64,000 nucleotides of DNA, from sequence record NC_019405.1, one strand, 5' to 3'. A program made the translations under genes and the position numbers. The notes below the pieces were generated by a model. The model worked only from the letters and a program-made list of their open reading frames with translations, had not been told where the DNA came from and made no database searches. Of this stretch, positions 8,448-17,026 are shown piece after piece (positions within the stretch are counted from its first letter, which is position 1; every line of letters begins with the position of its first letter).

Positions 8448-8872
8448 CAGCCCTCGGCGGCCGGCGCTTCCGGCTCAGCGGTGGTCTTGCCCTTGCCTTT
8501 GCTCGCCGGCGCGGCCTGGACTTCTTCCGCCACCGGCTCGGCGATGGGCGCGGGAGCTTCCATCACCGGTTCGGCGTCCGAAGCCGCCTCGACCGGCGTG
8601 TAGTCGGCCTCGAACGCGGCCGGCTTCAGGATGGCGATCTCGTAGGCGTCCTCGCCGCGCGGGATGCGGACGATATAGTCGTCCTGGGTCGCCGAGGCGA
8701 TCTGGCCGTTGATCGGGACCAGGAGCTTGCCGACGGCGTCCTTGCCGACGTGCATGGTCCCCATGGCGGTGTAGCCCGAGTGCTGGGTCAGCCACGCCGG
8801 CAGGTCTTCCAGGCGCTGGAAGCTGTACTGGACGGCGTCCACGGTCACCGGTTGGCGGATATACTGGGTCAT
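8447..8872 (-). CDS. hypothetical phage protein with acidic/Ala-Pro tail
   Basis: Y.RQPVTVDAVQY N-terminus, DDYIVR; GGAG SD. Confidence 0.75.
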   Translation of the reverse strand: MTQYIRQPVTVDAVQYSFQRLEDLPAWLTQHSGYTAMGTMHVGKDAVGKLLVPINGQIASATQDDYIVRIPRGEDAYEIAILKPAAFEADYTPVEAASDAEPVMEAPAPIAEPVAEEVQAAPASKGKGKTTAEPEAPAAEG

Positions 8873-9471
8873 GCGGTCTCCTGCTGGAGGTTAGCCGGCG
8901 CCGGGATGGCGTCGGAAAGGGCTTGCTCGACCAGGACCAGGATGTCCATGACGAGCTTGGGATTGAGGTCGGGCTCGGTGAGCGCGGCGGCCAGGGCGTT
9001 GATCCGGAACCACGTCGGGTCGGCGTGCGGGATCAGATTGAGATTGTGCAGGTGCAGCAGCGTCGAGCCGTGAGAGGCGGAGCGCTCCGAAAGCTCGCGC
9101 AGCACGCGGGCGCCAACGAGTTGGTCGGCCAGGACCTTGATCACGCTGCCCGAGGGGGCCAGGAGCAGACGCATCCAGTCGCCGTTCGGATCGTCGGCTT
9201 GGCGCAGGTCCGGATGGTCCAGCGTCTTGCCCCAGATCACCTCGTGCGCCTTGGCGGCCAGCGAGCGGCGGCGGCGGGCGAGGTCTTCGGCGTCCTTGGC
9301 GGCGCGCAGGCTGGACAGCGTCGTGGCGATCAACACCGAGGGAAAGAGCGCGACGACGAAGAACGCGGCGCGCTCAAGCGGCGAGGCGTGTGAAGCCACG
9401 ATATTCATGGCCGTGCCAATCAGCACCGTCGGATAGATCAAGCCGCCGTGGCGCTGGATGAACGAGATCAT
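8869..9471 (-). CDS. hypothetical membrane protein (200 aa)
   Basis: Two N-terminal hydrophobic segments; first gene after a promoter cassette. Confidence 0.75.
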   Translation of the reverse strand: MISFIQRHGGLIYPTVLIGTAMNIVASHASPLERAAFFVVALFPSVLIATTLSSLRAAKDAEDLARRRRSLAAKAHEVIWGKTLDHPDLRQADDPNGDWMRLLLAPSGSVIKVLADQLVGARVLRELSERSASHGSTLLHLHNLNLIPHADPTWFRINALAAALTEPDLNPKLVMDILVLVEQALSDAIPAPANLQQETA

Positions 9472-9509
9472 GAAAAGGGCCTCCGGCGTTGTCGTCGGAG
9501 GCCCTTCTA
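9469..9509 (-). repeat. 41-bp hairpin leader element, near-identical to 59504-59545 (inverted)
   Basis: TAGAAGGGCCTCCGACGACAACGCCGGAGGCCCTTTTCATG; the two copies differ by one T. Confidence 0.95.
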
Positions 9510-9545
9510 GCGAGTCGGTGTCAGGCTGTCAACACATGTCAGCCA
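9487..9545 (-). promoter_or_regulatory. phage promoter cassette (upstream-operator type)
   Basis: TGGCT-GACAT-GTGTTGACA-17-TAGAAG then GACGACAACG; GANTC in the spacer. Confidence 0.85.
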
Positions 9546-9548
9546 GGA

Positions 9549-10160
9549 TCAAGCGGCGTTCGTCACCAGGGTTTCCAGACGGTCAAAGCCCAGGTCGAGG
9601 CGGCCCCACATCGACGAGGGCGTATGCGGCTTGACCACCTCGGTGAACCGCGCGCGCTCCTTCAGATACATGCGGGCCATGGGGATGTTCGGCTGGCCGG
9701 TCGCCGGGTCCTTGATCGAGGCCTCGACATTGGCGATCCGGTCGGCGAGCTTGAGGATGCAGGCCTTGGGGTGCTCGCCCAGCTTGCGATAGATGTCCTC
9801 GTTGCGGGCCTTGCGGTTGGGGCCAATGCCTGAGACCGCCCAGACCAGCGCCGCGACGTCCTCGCCGAACTTTTCCTTGATCATCTCCAGCCGCTGCTCG
9901 GGCGTCATGTCGAGATGGGTGTCCTCGATCACGTCGTGCAGCTTGGCGGCGGCCGTCCAGGTAAAGCCCAGGAAGCCGTAGTCGTCGAGGATGCGCTCGA
10001 CCTTCTGGAGATGGTAGAGATAGGGCTGGCCGGCGTACTGCTGGTCCCCGTGGGCGGCGATGGCGAACTCCGTCGGGTCTTCCTGGCGCAGCGGCGCGCC
10101 CGGCGCCGTCGGGAGGCCGGTCAGGATGGAGGCGAGTTGGTCGAGCGAGGCGTCAGACAT
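9549..10160 (-). CDS. HD-domain small alarmone hydrolase (SpoT/Mesh1-like)
   Basis: AH..Q.Y...PY..H, LHDVIEDT, FG.DVA.LV, KLADR..N motifs; no synthetase domain. Confidence 0.85.
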   Translation of the reverse strand: MSDASLDQLASILTGLPTAPGAPLRQEDPTEFAIAAHGDQQYAGQPYLYHLQKVERILDDYGFLGFTWTAAAKLHDVIEDTHLDMTPEQRLEMIKEKFGEDVAALVWAVSGIGPNRKARNEDIYRKLGEHPKACILKLADRIANVEASIKDPATGQPNIPMARMYLKERARFTEVVKPHTPSSMWGRLDLGFDRLETLVTNAA

Positions 10161-10566
10161 GGGGCTTCTCGGAGATCGGGGTGAAGACTTCCAGGCCGTC
10201 GACGACCTGCATCAGATGCGTCGGCGGATGGGCGGGATTGTAGCGGATGTAGCCGGCGAGGCCGCCGTCGATCATCGCCCCGCCCCGCTCCTTGTAGTCG
10301 TGCCGGAAGCGCGAGACCAGGAACGAACCGTCAGGCATCTCGATCGCCGAGAACTGGGCCTGTCGGATCGAGGCCGCCGAGGTGATGTAGAGCCCGCCGT
10401 TCAGGGGATGGGTGAAGAGCCCGAAGTAGTTGTCGTGGCCCTTCTCGCGGTCCGGCGTCTCGGTGTAGAAGACGTGGAACGGCCCCTCGCGGTCGGGCAG
10501 GTCGTAATAGCCGACGTACTTGGCGTTGTAGTGCTTTTCGGCCCCGGCGATGTTGATGCTGCTCAT
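10153..10566 (-). CDS. hypothetical phage protein (137 aa)
   Basis: ATG 10566; SR.RHDY...IDGG motif. Confidence 0.75.
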   Translation of the reverse strand: MSSINIAGAEKHYNAKYVGYYDLPDREGPFHVFYTETPDREKGHDNYFGLFTHPLNGGLYITSAASIRQAQFSAIEMPDGSFLVSRFRHDYKERGGAMIDGGLAGYIRYNPAHPPTHLMQVVDGLEVFTPISEKPHV

Positions 10567-11066
10567 GCGACCCTCAGGAATTCTCCCCAGGCGGGGAGGG
10601 CGTGCTTCAGATAGGCGGCGTGCGCCTCGTCCGGCGTCGTGTAGCACCCGAGATAGCGGTACACCCCGTTGATCGTGACCTGGGCCTGGAACGGCTTCGT
10701 CTTGCTCCGGCTCTTGGTCACGCCCTTTGGAAGCGCGCCGACGTTCGGGCGGTTCACGAGGTTCTGGGACCGCGTCGCCTTTCGGAGGTTCTTGATCCGA
10801 TTGTTGCGCCGGTTCAAGTCCTTGTGGTCGACGTCGTGATCGGGCATCACCCCGTGATGGATCGCCCAGGCCACCTTGTGGGCGGCGATTTGAATTCGCC
10901 GGCCGCCATAGGAGACCTTCATCACTCGATAGCCGTCCTTGGTCACCGAGCCGCAGCGCTTGCGGGACTTGGAGCCCCGCACGGTGATGGCGCCGGTGGC
11001 GGGATCGTACTTGTAGCGCGCCCGGAGGAAGTCGACCGGGATCGAAAACTCTGCATCCCCCGACAT
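10563..11066 (-). CDS. HNH endonuclease with AP2-like C-terminus
   Basis: Y.YDP.TG, AHKVAWAIHHG..P..DVDHKD.NRRNNRI.NLR, YLG.Y.T..EA..AY. Confidence 0.9.
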   Translation of the reverse strand: MSGDAEFSIPVDFLRARYKYDPATGAITVRGSKSRKRCGSVTKDGYRVMKVSYGGRRIQIAAHKVAWAIHHGVMPDHDVDHKDLNRRNNRIKNLRKATRSQNLVNRPNVGALPKGVTKSRSKTKPFQAQVTINGVYRYLGCYTTPDEAHAAYLKHALPAWGEFLRVA

Positions 11067-11070
11067 AGGA

Positions 11071-11310
11071 TTAGTCCTTCTGGGCGTGCCGCTTGAAGAG
11101 GAGGTAGAAGCCGTAGGCGACGAGCACCGGAATCCAGAGCAGGATCAGGGCCACGGTCTGACCGAGGGTCATGAAGAAGAACGCGGCCTTCCAGTCGTTG
11201 TTGTACTGGTTGTCGCGCACCGCATGGACTTTCGGATAGTCGATCGCATAGCGGTAGCCGGCGCGCGCGAGGCCCAGAAGCAGGCCGATGATGAAGTAGA
11301 GATCGGTCAT
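11071..11310 (-). CDS. small membrane protein
   Basis: Two hydrophobic helices. Confidence 0.7.
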   Translation of the reverse strand: MTDLYFIIGLLLGLARAGYRYAIDYPKVHAVRDNQYNNDWKAAFFFMTLGQTVALILLWIPVLVAYGFYLLFKRHAQKD

Positions 11311-11313
11311 GGC

Positions 11314-11580
11314 TTACTTCTCCGAGGCCTCGATCATCTTCTGGGCGCCGGCGTTCAGCTTCTTGCGCAGGAGCCAGAAGACCGGAATCCAGAACAGGGC
11401 GAACAGGCTGGCGGGCCAGAGGGCGCCGAGGACCAGACCGGTGATGAAGACGAACCAGCCGTAGATGCCGAATTCGTCGAGGGTTCTGATCCCCACCTCG
11501 CGGACGAAGGTCGGGACGATGGTCGCGCCGGCGACCCACCATCCGATGGCCAGGAAAAGGCCGACGAGCCAGTAGAACAT
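11314..11580 (-). CDS. small membrane protein
   Basis: Hydrophobic throughout; GAAGGA SD. Confidence 0.75.
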   Translation of the reverse strand: MFYWLVGLFLAIGWWVAGATIVPTFVREVGIRTLDEFGIYGWFVFITGLVLGALWPASLFALFWIPVFWLLRKKLNAGAQKMIEASEK

Positions 11581-11882
11581 CAGGGTTGTTCCTTCTCAAG
11601 ACCCACGTCAGGGTCGTATTTCAGGATGACGCCGTCCTCGTTACGGTGCTCCATCAGCGGGAACCCCGAGACGAACTGCGGCACGAAGAGGTCGCGGCGC
11701 GGCTGCTGGAGCCAGATCAGGCCGGTCTCGGCGACCACCGCGCGCTCGGCCGGGGTAAGCTCCCAGCAGGAGATCACGCCCTCGGGGCCGGTGTAGGTGT
11801 GGAGCGGCGCGACCGTGTCCTCGTTCCCCGGAGCGGGGTTCCAGACCTTGTTGGCGCCGGCGAAGTTACGAGGGACGGCCAT
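11580..11882 (-). CDS. hypothetical phage protein (100 aa)
   Basis: Coupled ORF; ISCWELT..E motif. Confidence 0.75.
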   Translation of the reverse strand: MAVPRNFAGANKVWNPAPGNEDTVAPLHTYTGPEGVISCWELTPAERAVVAETGLIWLQQPRRDLFVPQFVSGFPLMEHRNEDGVILKYDPDVGLEKEQP

Positions 11883-12117
11883 CGGCGTTCTTGCCCTTGT
11901 TGACGAAATACCAGATCGCCAGGGCGATCAGGAAGCCGGGGACGCCCAGCGGCCATGCGATGGCCATGCCCAGCGCGGTGAAGAAGCCCAGCGCCACCGC
12001 GCCCGCCGCGTCGGCGAGCTTCAGGACCCCGGTGCGGCTTTCGTGCTTGATCGTCCAGATGGTCGCGACAAGGCCGCTGACCACGCCCAGGATGATCGAG
12101 AAGATGATGTAATTCAA
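11866..12117 (-). CDS. small membrane protein (83 aa)
   Basis: TTG 12117 overlaps the upstream TGA; hydrophobic helices. Confidence 0.7.
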   Translation of the reverse strand: MNYIIFSIILGVVSGLVATIWTIKHESRTGVLKLADAAGAVALGFFTALGMAIAWPLGVPGFLIALAIWYFVNKGKNADGRPS

Positions 12118-12497
12118 AGCAGACCCGCCGCCTGCTTGGCGGCCTCCTTGGCGCGGACCTTGTCGGGAGACAGGCTCTTCACGCGGTTGATCTCGTCGGC
12201 CTCGCAGCCGTCGGCGCTGATGCCGAGATTTTCGCAGAGGGTGTAGAGTGACAGCAACAGGCCGCCGACCTCTTCCTTGACCTCGCCGACCGGCCGGCTG
12301 TAGGTCCAGTGCGCCTGCCGGATCACGTCCTCCAGGCTCAGGCCCTGGGTCTGGACGAGTTCCATGCACTCCTCCAGGGTGCGGAAGGCCTGGATGCGCC
12401 GGTTGAAGACGCGGCCCGTCAGGACCTCCTCGACCCACTTCCAGCACCACGTCTGGCGCTTGGCCCGGTGCTCATGACAGGCGTCGACCTCGGTCAC
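12114..12497 (-). CDS. MazG-like all-alpha NTP pyrophosphohydrolase (127 aa)
   Basis: LEECMEL ... VKEEVGGLLLSLYTLC acidic helices; GTG 12497 with GGAG SD. Confidence 0.55.
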   Translation of the reverse strand: MTEVDACHEHRAKRQTWCWKWVEEVLTGRVFNRRIQAFRTLEECMELVQTQGLSLEDVIRQAHWTYSRPVGEVKEEVGGLLLSLYTLCENLGISADGCEADEINRVKSLSPDKVRAKEAAKQAAGLL

Positions 12498-12640
12498 GAT
12501 TTTCTCCAGTCGAACAGCGCCCAGAAGGCTTGGCGGGTGTCCCTGGTCCAGGACCAGGGACGGATCGCCAGGATGGAAAGGACGAGGGCGGCGGCGAGAT
12601 AGATCAGCGCCGCCCGCGCCACGATGTCGAGGAATCCCAT
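12494..12640 (-). CDS. small membrane protein (48 aa, not in ORF track)
   Basis: MGFLDIVARAALIYLAAALVLSILAIRPW...; fills the gap after rtcB. Confidence 0.65.
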   Translation of the reverse strand: MGFLDIVARAALIYLAAALVLSILAIRPWSWTRDTRQAFWALFDWRKS

Positions 12641-12643
12641 GGC

Positions 12644-13876
12644 CTAGCCCTTCACGCAGAGGACTTGCTTGAGGGTGTGGACGATGTCCACGAGGTCCTT
12701 CTGGGCCTCCATGACCGCGTCGATGTCCTTGTAGGCCATCGGGATTTCGTCGATCACGCCAGCGTCCTTGCGGCACTCCACGCCCTCGGTGGCCTTGATC
12801 TGGTCCTCCAGGGTGAAGGTCGCCTTGGCCTGGGTCCGCGACATCGTCCGGCCCGCGCCGTGCGAGCACGAGCAGAACGAGTCCGCATTGCCCTTGCCGC
12901 GCACGATGTAGGACTTGGCCCCCATCGAGCCGGGGATGATCCCGAACTGGTCCTTCTGCGCCGACACCGCGCCCTTGCGGGTCACGAAGACCCACTCGTC
13001 GAAGTGGAATTCCTTCTGGACGTAGTTGTGGTGGCAGTTCACCGCTTCCTTGTCCGTCTTGAACGGCGGCAGGCCCGACGCCCGCATGGCCTCCAGGACC
13101 CGGACCATCATCATCTCGCGGTTGATCCGCGCGAAGTCCTGGCCCCAGGCGACGGCTTCCACGTAGTCGTGGAACTCCGGCTCGCCTTCGCAGAGCCAAG
13201 CAAGGTCCTTGTCCAGCGGCTTGCGCCCGTCACGACGCAGCATCATCTCCTTGGCCTTCTCGATGAAGATGCGGCCGATGGTGTTGCCGACGCCGCGCGA
13301 GCCCGAGTGGAGCATCACCCAGACGCGCTGGTCCTCGTCGAGGCAGACCTCGATGAAGTGGTTGCCGCCGCCCAGGGTGCCCAGTTGGACCACGCTGTTG
13401 GCGTTCTTCAGCGCCGGGTACTTCTCGCAGAGCTTGTCGAACCGCGCCTCCAGGCCCGAATCGACCCACTTGCGCAGGATCGAGTTGGGGATGCCGCTGC
13501 GCCCGTTCCAGCCGCCCGACGGACCCGGCCCGCCGTGCGGGACGGCGTGCTCGATCAGCGAGCGAAGCTTGGACAGGCTGTCGGGAAGGTCCGACGCGGT
13601 CAGGCTGGTGCGGACCGCCATCATGCCGCAGCCGATGTCGACGCCGACGGCGGCCGGGATGATCGCGCCCTTGGTCGGGATCACCGAGCCCACGGTCGAG
13701 CCGATGCCCATGTGGACATCCGGCATCAGGGCGACATGCGAGTGAATGAAGGGCAGGGCCGCGAGGTTGTGGGCCTGGACCTGAGCCGGTTGCTCGAAGT
13801 TCACGCCGCGAACCCAGGCCTTGATCACCCCGCCATTCCAGCCGTTGATCTCTTCGTAATGGGTCTCGGCGGACAC
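12644..13876 (-). CDS. rtcB: RtcB RNA ligase
   Basis: MPDVH.G, GVDIGCG, GTLGGGNHF.E, HSGSRG, HHNY, RKGA, IPGSMG, SCSHGAGR, DE.P.AYK motifs. Confidence 0.97.
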   Translation of the reverse strand: MSAETHYEEINGWNGGVIKAWVRGVNFEQPAQVQAHNLAALPFIHSHVALMPDVHMGIGSTVGSVIPTKGAIIPAAVGVDIGCGMMAVRTSLTASDLPDSLSKLRSLIEHAVPHGGPGPSGGWNGRSGIPNSILRKWVDSGLEARFDKLCEKYPALKNANSVVQLGTLGGGNHFIEVCLDEDQRVWVMLHSGSRGVGNTIGRIFIEKAKEMMLRRDGRKPLDKDLAWLCEGEPEFHDYVEAVAWGQDFARINREMMMVRVLEAMRASGLPPFKTDKEAVNCHHNYVQKEFHFDEWVFVTRKGAVSAQKDQFGIIPGSMGAKSYIVRGKGNADSFCSCSHGAGRTMSRTQAKATFTLEDQIKATEGVECRKDAGVIDEIPMAYKDIDAVMEAQKDLVDIVHTLKQVLCVKG

Positions 13877-13893
13877 GGCGGGCTCCTTCTGTG

Positions 13894-13942
13894 GTGTCGT
13901 GATTTACGACTTTTGACCATGCTCCTCGGACGGTGTCAACAC
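13894..13942 (-). promoter_or_regulatory. degenerate promoter cassette for rtcB, inside the upstream ORF
   Basis: GTGTTGACA, weak -10, ACGACAC leader, AAGGAG SD. Confidence 0.5.
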
Positions 13943-14119
13943 TTCTTCAACGGCGGTGATCTGAATTTGCAGCAGACTGGCCGCCGGGTGGCTGGGCGGA
14001 AGAAGGGCCTCGGCCTGTTTCATGGCGTCCAGGGTGTCTTCCAGCGCAGCGCGGAAGGTGTTGCGCTGCTCGGTGGTGGCGCGGACGGCGGAGGGAAATT
14101 CGAAGATCATGGGGATCAC
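13904..14119 (-). CDS. hypothetical protein (71 aa; start may be 14110)
   Basis: Good codon bias, between terminator and rtcB. Confidence 0.65.
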   Translation of the reverse strand: MIPMIFEFPSAVRATTEQRNTFRAALEDTLDAMKQAEALLPPSHPAASLLQIQITAVEEVLTPSEEHGQKS

Positions 14120-14134
14120 CTTGAAGGGGTACGC

Positions 14135-14174
14135 TAAAACGAAAAACGCCGGCGAGGATGGCTCGCCGGCGTTT
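14135..14174 (-). terminator. intrinsic terminator
   Basis: 13-bp stem AAACGCCGGCGAG/CTCGCCGGCGTTT, 5-nt loop, T-rich tail. Confidence 0.9.
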
Positions 14175-14205
14175 CCTAGTCCAGGGCGGGGCTAGAGCCG
14201 CCGCC

Positions 14206-15036
14206 TTACTTCACGTTGATGAACGGGATCGCGCCGCCGGTGGTGTTCGGCAGGTGACCATCCCACTTCTCGATCGCCTTGAGTTCGACGATCTGCGGCG
14301 AGGCCGAGATCGACGCGGCCAGCAGACGGTTCGATTCGGCTTGACCACGGGCCTGCTCGATCGCGGCATTGGCTTCGGCCTTGGCGACCTCGACGCGGGC
14401 GGTGGCCGCCACGGTGTCGGCGTCGGCCTTGGTCTTGGCCTGGATCGAATCGAGGATCACCTGCGGGTAGCGGATGTTGCCGATCCAGTCGAGTTGACTG
14501 ATCGTCACCCCGTCCCTGGCCCACTTCTTCTGCACGCCGGCGAGCGCCCGCTGGATCACCTGCTGGCGTCCGCCCTTGTACAGGAACTCGACCGACACCA
14601 GTTCGGTCTCGCGGGCGATCGCCGAGCGGACGTCGTTGCGGATCGGACCTTCGAACAGTTGGTCGAACGACAGCCGGTACTTCTTGTAGAGCGCCGGCGC
14701 CGCCGCCGGGTCGACACGCATGACGAGTTGGACGTCGGCGGTCATCGGCAGGGCGTTGTTGTCCGAGAACGTGACTTCCTCGTTCTCGGCGCCGCGCTCG
14801 TCGGCGTCGCGGGTGTAGGTGTAGGTGCGCTGGATCGCCGGGTAGTCGACGATCTTCTCGCCCAGGCCGTTGAAGTGCATGCCCGAGGCCAGCGGCGTCG
14901 GATCGACGCCCGAGCCGCCCATGGTGCGAATCTTCACGCCGACATTGCCCGGCTCGACGGTATGGAAACCGCAGGCCGACATGGCCGCCGCCATGCCCAT
15001 CAGGGCGACGGCGGTCAGGAAGGACTTAATCTTCAA
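14206..15036 (-). CDS. SPFH/band-7 (prohibitin-like) lipoprotein
   Basis: Signal ending MSA-C; VEPGNVGV, coiled AEANAAIEQARGQAESN, IEKWDG.LP motif. Confidence 0.9.
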   Translation of the reverse strand: MKIKSFLTAVALMGMAAAMSACGFHTVEPGNVGVKIRTMGGSGVDPTPLASGMHFNGLGEKIVDYPAIQRTYTYTRDADERGAENEEVTFSDNNALPMTADVQLVMRVDPAAAPALYKKYRLSFDQLFEGPIRNDVRSAIARETELVSVEFLYKGGRQQVIQRALAGVQKKWARDGVTISQLDWIGNIRYPQVILDSIQAKTKADADTVAATARVEVAKAEANAAIEQARGQAESNRLLAASISASPQIVELKAIEKWDGHLPNTTGGAIPFINVK

Positions 15037-15376
15037 GGGGTTGCTCCTTGCTTTGTTTCGGGGATTTGTGGAACGCTTTTGCGATGTCGCCAGCCAGCTT
15101 CATCGCGAACATCACGACCGTCGGCAGGCCAACGAACAGGACCGCGAAGGCCGCGAACGAGGCGCCGAGGAAGTGGGCTTCGGTGAGGGTCCAGGCAAAG
15201 CCCATGATGACCAGCGCGCCGGCCATGATCACGAGCATCGGATAGACCGAGAGGCGGTAGAAGAGCCCCGGAAGGCGCTTGTCCTTGAGGGCCGCGCTGG
15301 GACCGCCCAAGGCGTTCACCAGGAAGAAGACCATCAGGATCAGATAGATCGGGAAGAGCGGAAGGAAGAGCCTCAT
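15026..15376 (-). CDS. membrane protein (116 aa)
   Basis: ATG 15376; three hydrophobic segments; precedes SPFH. Confidence 0.75.
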   Translation of the reverse strand: MRLFLPLFPIYLILMVFFLVNALGGPSAALKDKRLPGLFYRLSVYPMLVIMAGALVIMGFAWTLTEAHFLGASFAAFAVLFVGLPTVVMFAMKLAGDIAKAFHKSPKQSKEQPLED

Positions 15377-16110
15377 TGGGCGCGGCCTTTCAGGAGTTCG
15401 TTGACGCGATTGCGCAGGCTGTCGACCTTGTCCTGGCCCCCGAGGATGTCGGCGAGCAGGGTTTCGTCGACGCGGCTGAGCGCCCAGGCGAGATCGACCA
15501 TCAGCGTCGTCTTCTGCTCGGTCGCGATGGCGACCTGCTCCTCGATCGCCTCGACGATCGCGGTGACGAGGACTTCCTGGCGCACGCGCCAGCAGCCGTC
15601 GTCGCCGGCATAGAACCAAGTCGAGATGATGTTGTCGGCGCGGCTGTTGTCGGCGATCTTGCGGGCGGCGTGGTAGGGGCCGTCATCGCGGCCGAGCACC
15701 GTGCCCAGGGCCAGGGCCGCCTCGATGTCCCTGAACCGGTTGGCGACCATGGGGAACCACGACTCGCGGTCCTTGAAGTCGTCGCGGGCGTTCTGGATGA
15801 TCTGGAGGATCAGGGCCACGCGCTTGTCCGAGATCGGCCGGTCCTCGACCAGCCGGCGGGACGCCCACTTGACGCGTTCGAGCGGCGTGACCACCACCGG
15901 CGCGCCGGCGTTGAGCAGCAGCTTGGCGACCTCGTTCTCGTAGGACTCGTACTCGCGGCAGCGCGCTTCCAGGCGACGGATCGTGGCGCGGTCCTCGATC
16001 GCCTGCTTGGTCATGTCGTCCATGGCCTCGGTGGCTTCCCGAAGTTGCTCCTCCAGGGCCGCCACGCGCTGAACGACGCCGAGCGCCAGAGTTTCGGTCG
16101 CGTCGGGCAT
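15373..16110 (-). CDS. hypothetical coiled-coil protein (245 aa)
   Basis: ATG 16110 overlaps the upstream stop. Confidence 0.75.
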   Translation of the reverse strand: MPDATETLALGVVQRVAALEEQLREATEAMDDMTKQAIEDRATIRRLEARCREYESYENEVAKLLLNAGAPVVVTPLERVKWASRRLVEDRPISDKRVALILQIIQNARDDFKDRESWFPMVANRFRDIEAALALGTVLGRDDGPYHAARKIADNSRADNIISTWFYAGDDGCWRVRQEVLVTAIVEAIEEQVAIATEQKTTLMVDLAWALSRVDETLLADILGGQDKVDSLRNRVNELLKGRAQ

Positions 16111-16397
16111 CAGGCCGCGAGCCCGCGCTGCTTCAAGGCGACGATCTGCTCGATCTCCTTGAGGATGTGGTCCGACAGGCGGTCGGTCCGTTCCTTGATG
16201 CCGGCGGGGACGCCGATCTTGCACTGACCGATCTCGTGCAGGCGGTCGGAGACGGCCTTCAGGTCGATCAGGGTGTCGCTGATCAGCACCTCGGCGAGGC
16301 CGATGGCCTCGGTCTGGATGGCGGCGATCCGCTGGGCGGTGGTCTGCGCCGATTGGCCCGCGACGAGGGCCAGGGCGGCGGTGTTCTTCTGGGTCAT
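16110..16397 (-). CDS. hypothetical protein (95 aa)
   Basis: First gene after a promoter cassette; AAGGAG SD. Confidence 0.8.
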   Translation of the reverse strand: MTQKNTAALALVAGQSAQTTAQRIAAIQTEAIGLAEVLISDTLIDLKAVSDRLHEIGQCKIGVPAGIKERTDRLSDHILKEIEQIVALKQRGLAA

Positions 16398-16410
16398 GGA
16401 GGTCTCCTTC

Positions 16411-16459
16411 GTTGTCGTCGGGCGTGACTTCTAGTTGGGTTCCTGGAGGCTGTCAACAC
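16411..16459 (-). promoter_or_regulatory. phage promoter cassette, inside the 3' end of the upstream ORF
   Basis: GTGTTGACA-17-TAGAAG then CGACGACAACG. Confidence 0.85.
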
Positions 16460-16721
16460 TTTCGCTCACCGGCGCGGCGCCGTAGTGCGCGACCAGGACA
16501 AGCCGCGCGCCGCAGGCGACCAGCGCGCCGCGCGCGTCGTAGATCAGCCGTCCGGCCTCCTCGCCGTTCTTGTCCAGGATGATGGCCTCCCTGGCGTAGG
16601 TCGGCTTGCCGCTCTTGCCCCGCTGGATGCGGATCGGAGGATCATCCGTGCCGCGCTTGGTGTTGCGGTCGATGACCTGCCGGTTGATGTTGAGGACGCA
16701 GGTCTTGCGGGTGATCTTCAT
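16431..16721 (-). CDS. hypothetical phage protein (96 aa)
   Basis: INRQVIDRN.K.G...PPI..., CGAR motif; ATG 16721. Confidence 0.75.
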   Translation of the reverse strand: MKITRKTCVLNINRQVIDRNTKRGTDDPPIRIQRGKSGKPTYAREAIILDKNGEEAGRLIYDARGALVACGARLVLVAHYGAAPVSESVDSLQEPN

Positions 16722-17026
16722 TTGGCGGCGGCCTCCATCCTGAGGGTGATGATTTCCTGGCGCAGGCGCTCGTTCTCGCTCCGCAGCCGTTCGAGAGGGT
16801 CGGTGATCGCCCGGACGCGCGCGTCGATCAGGGCCTTCTCCTCGGGCGAGCGCCACTGGTAGCCGTGATAGAGGACGCTCAGCAGGTTGACCTTGCCGCT
16901 GCCGGCGACGATCTTGCCCCGCGTCTTGAGCCATTCCGCCGCCGCCGCCTCATGCAGGAGCCAGGGCGTGGGATGCAGGGGAAGCAGGCGCGCCGGGATC
17001 GGCGCGCCATGGTGGTCCAGGATCAA
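16718..17026 (-). CDS. hypothetical protein (102 aa)
   Basis: TTG overlaps the upstream TGA. Confidence 0.7.
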   Translation of the reverse strand: MILDHHGAPIPARLLPLHPTPWLLHEAAAAEWLKTRGKIVAGSGKVNLLSVLYHGYQWRSPEEKALIDARVRAITDPLERLRSENERLRQEIITLRMEAAAK

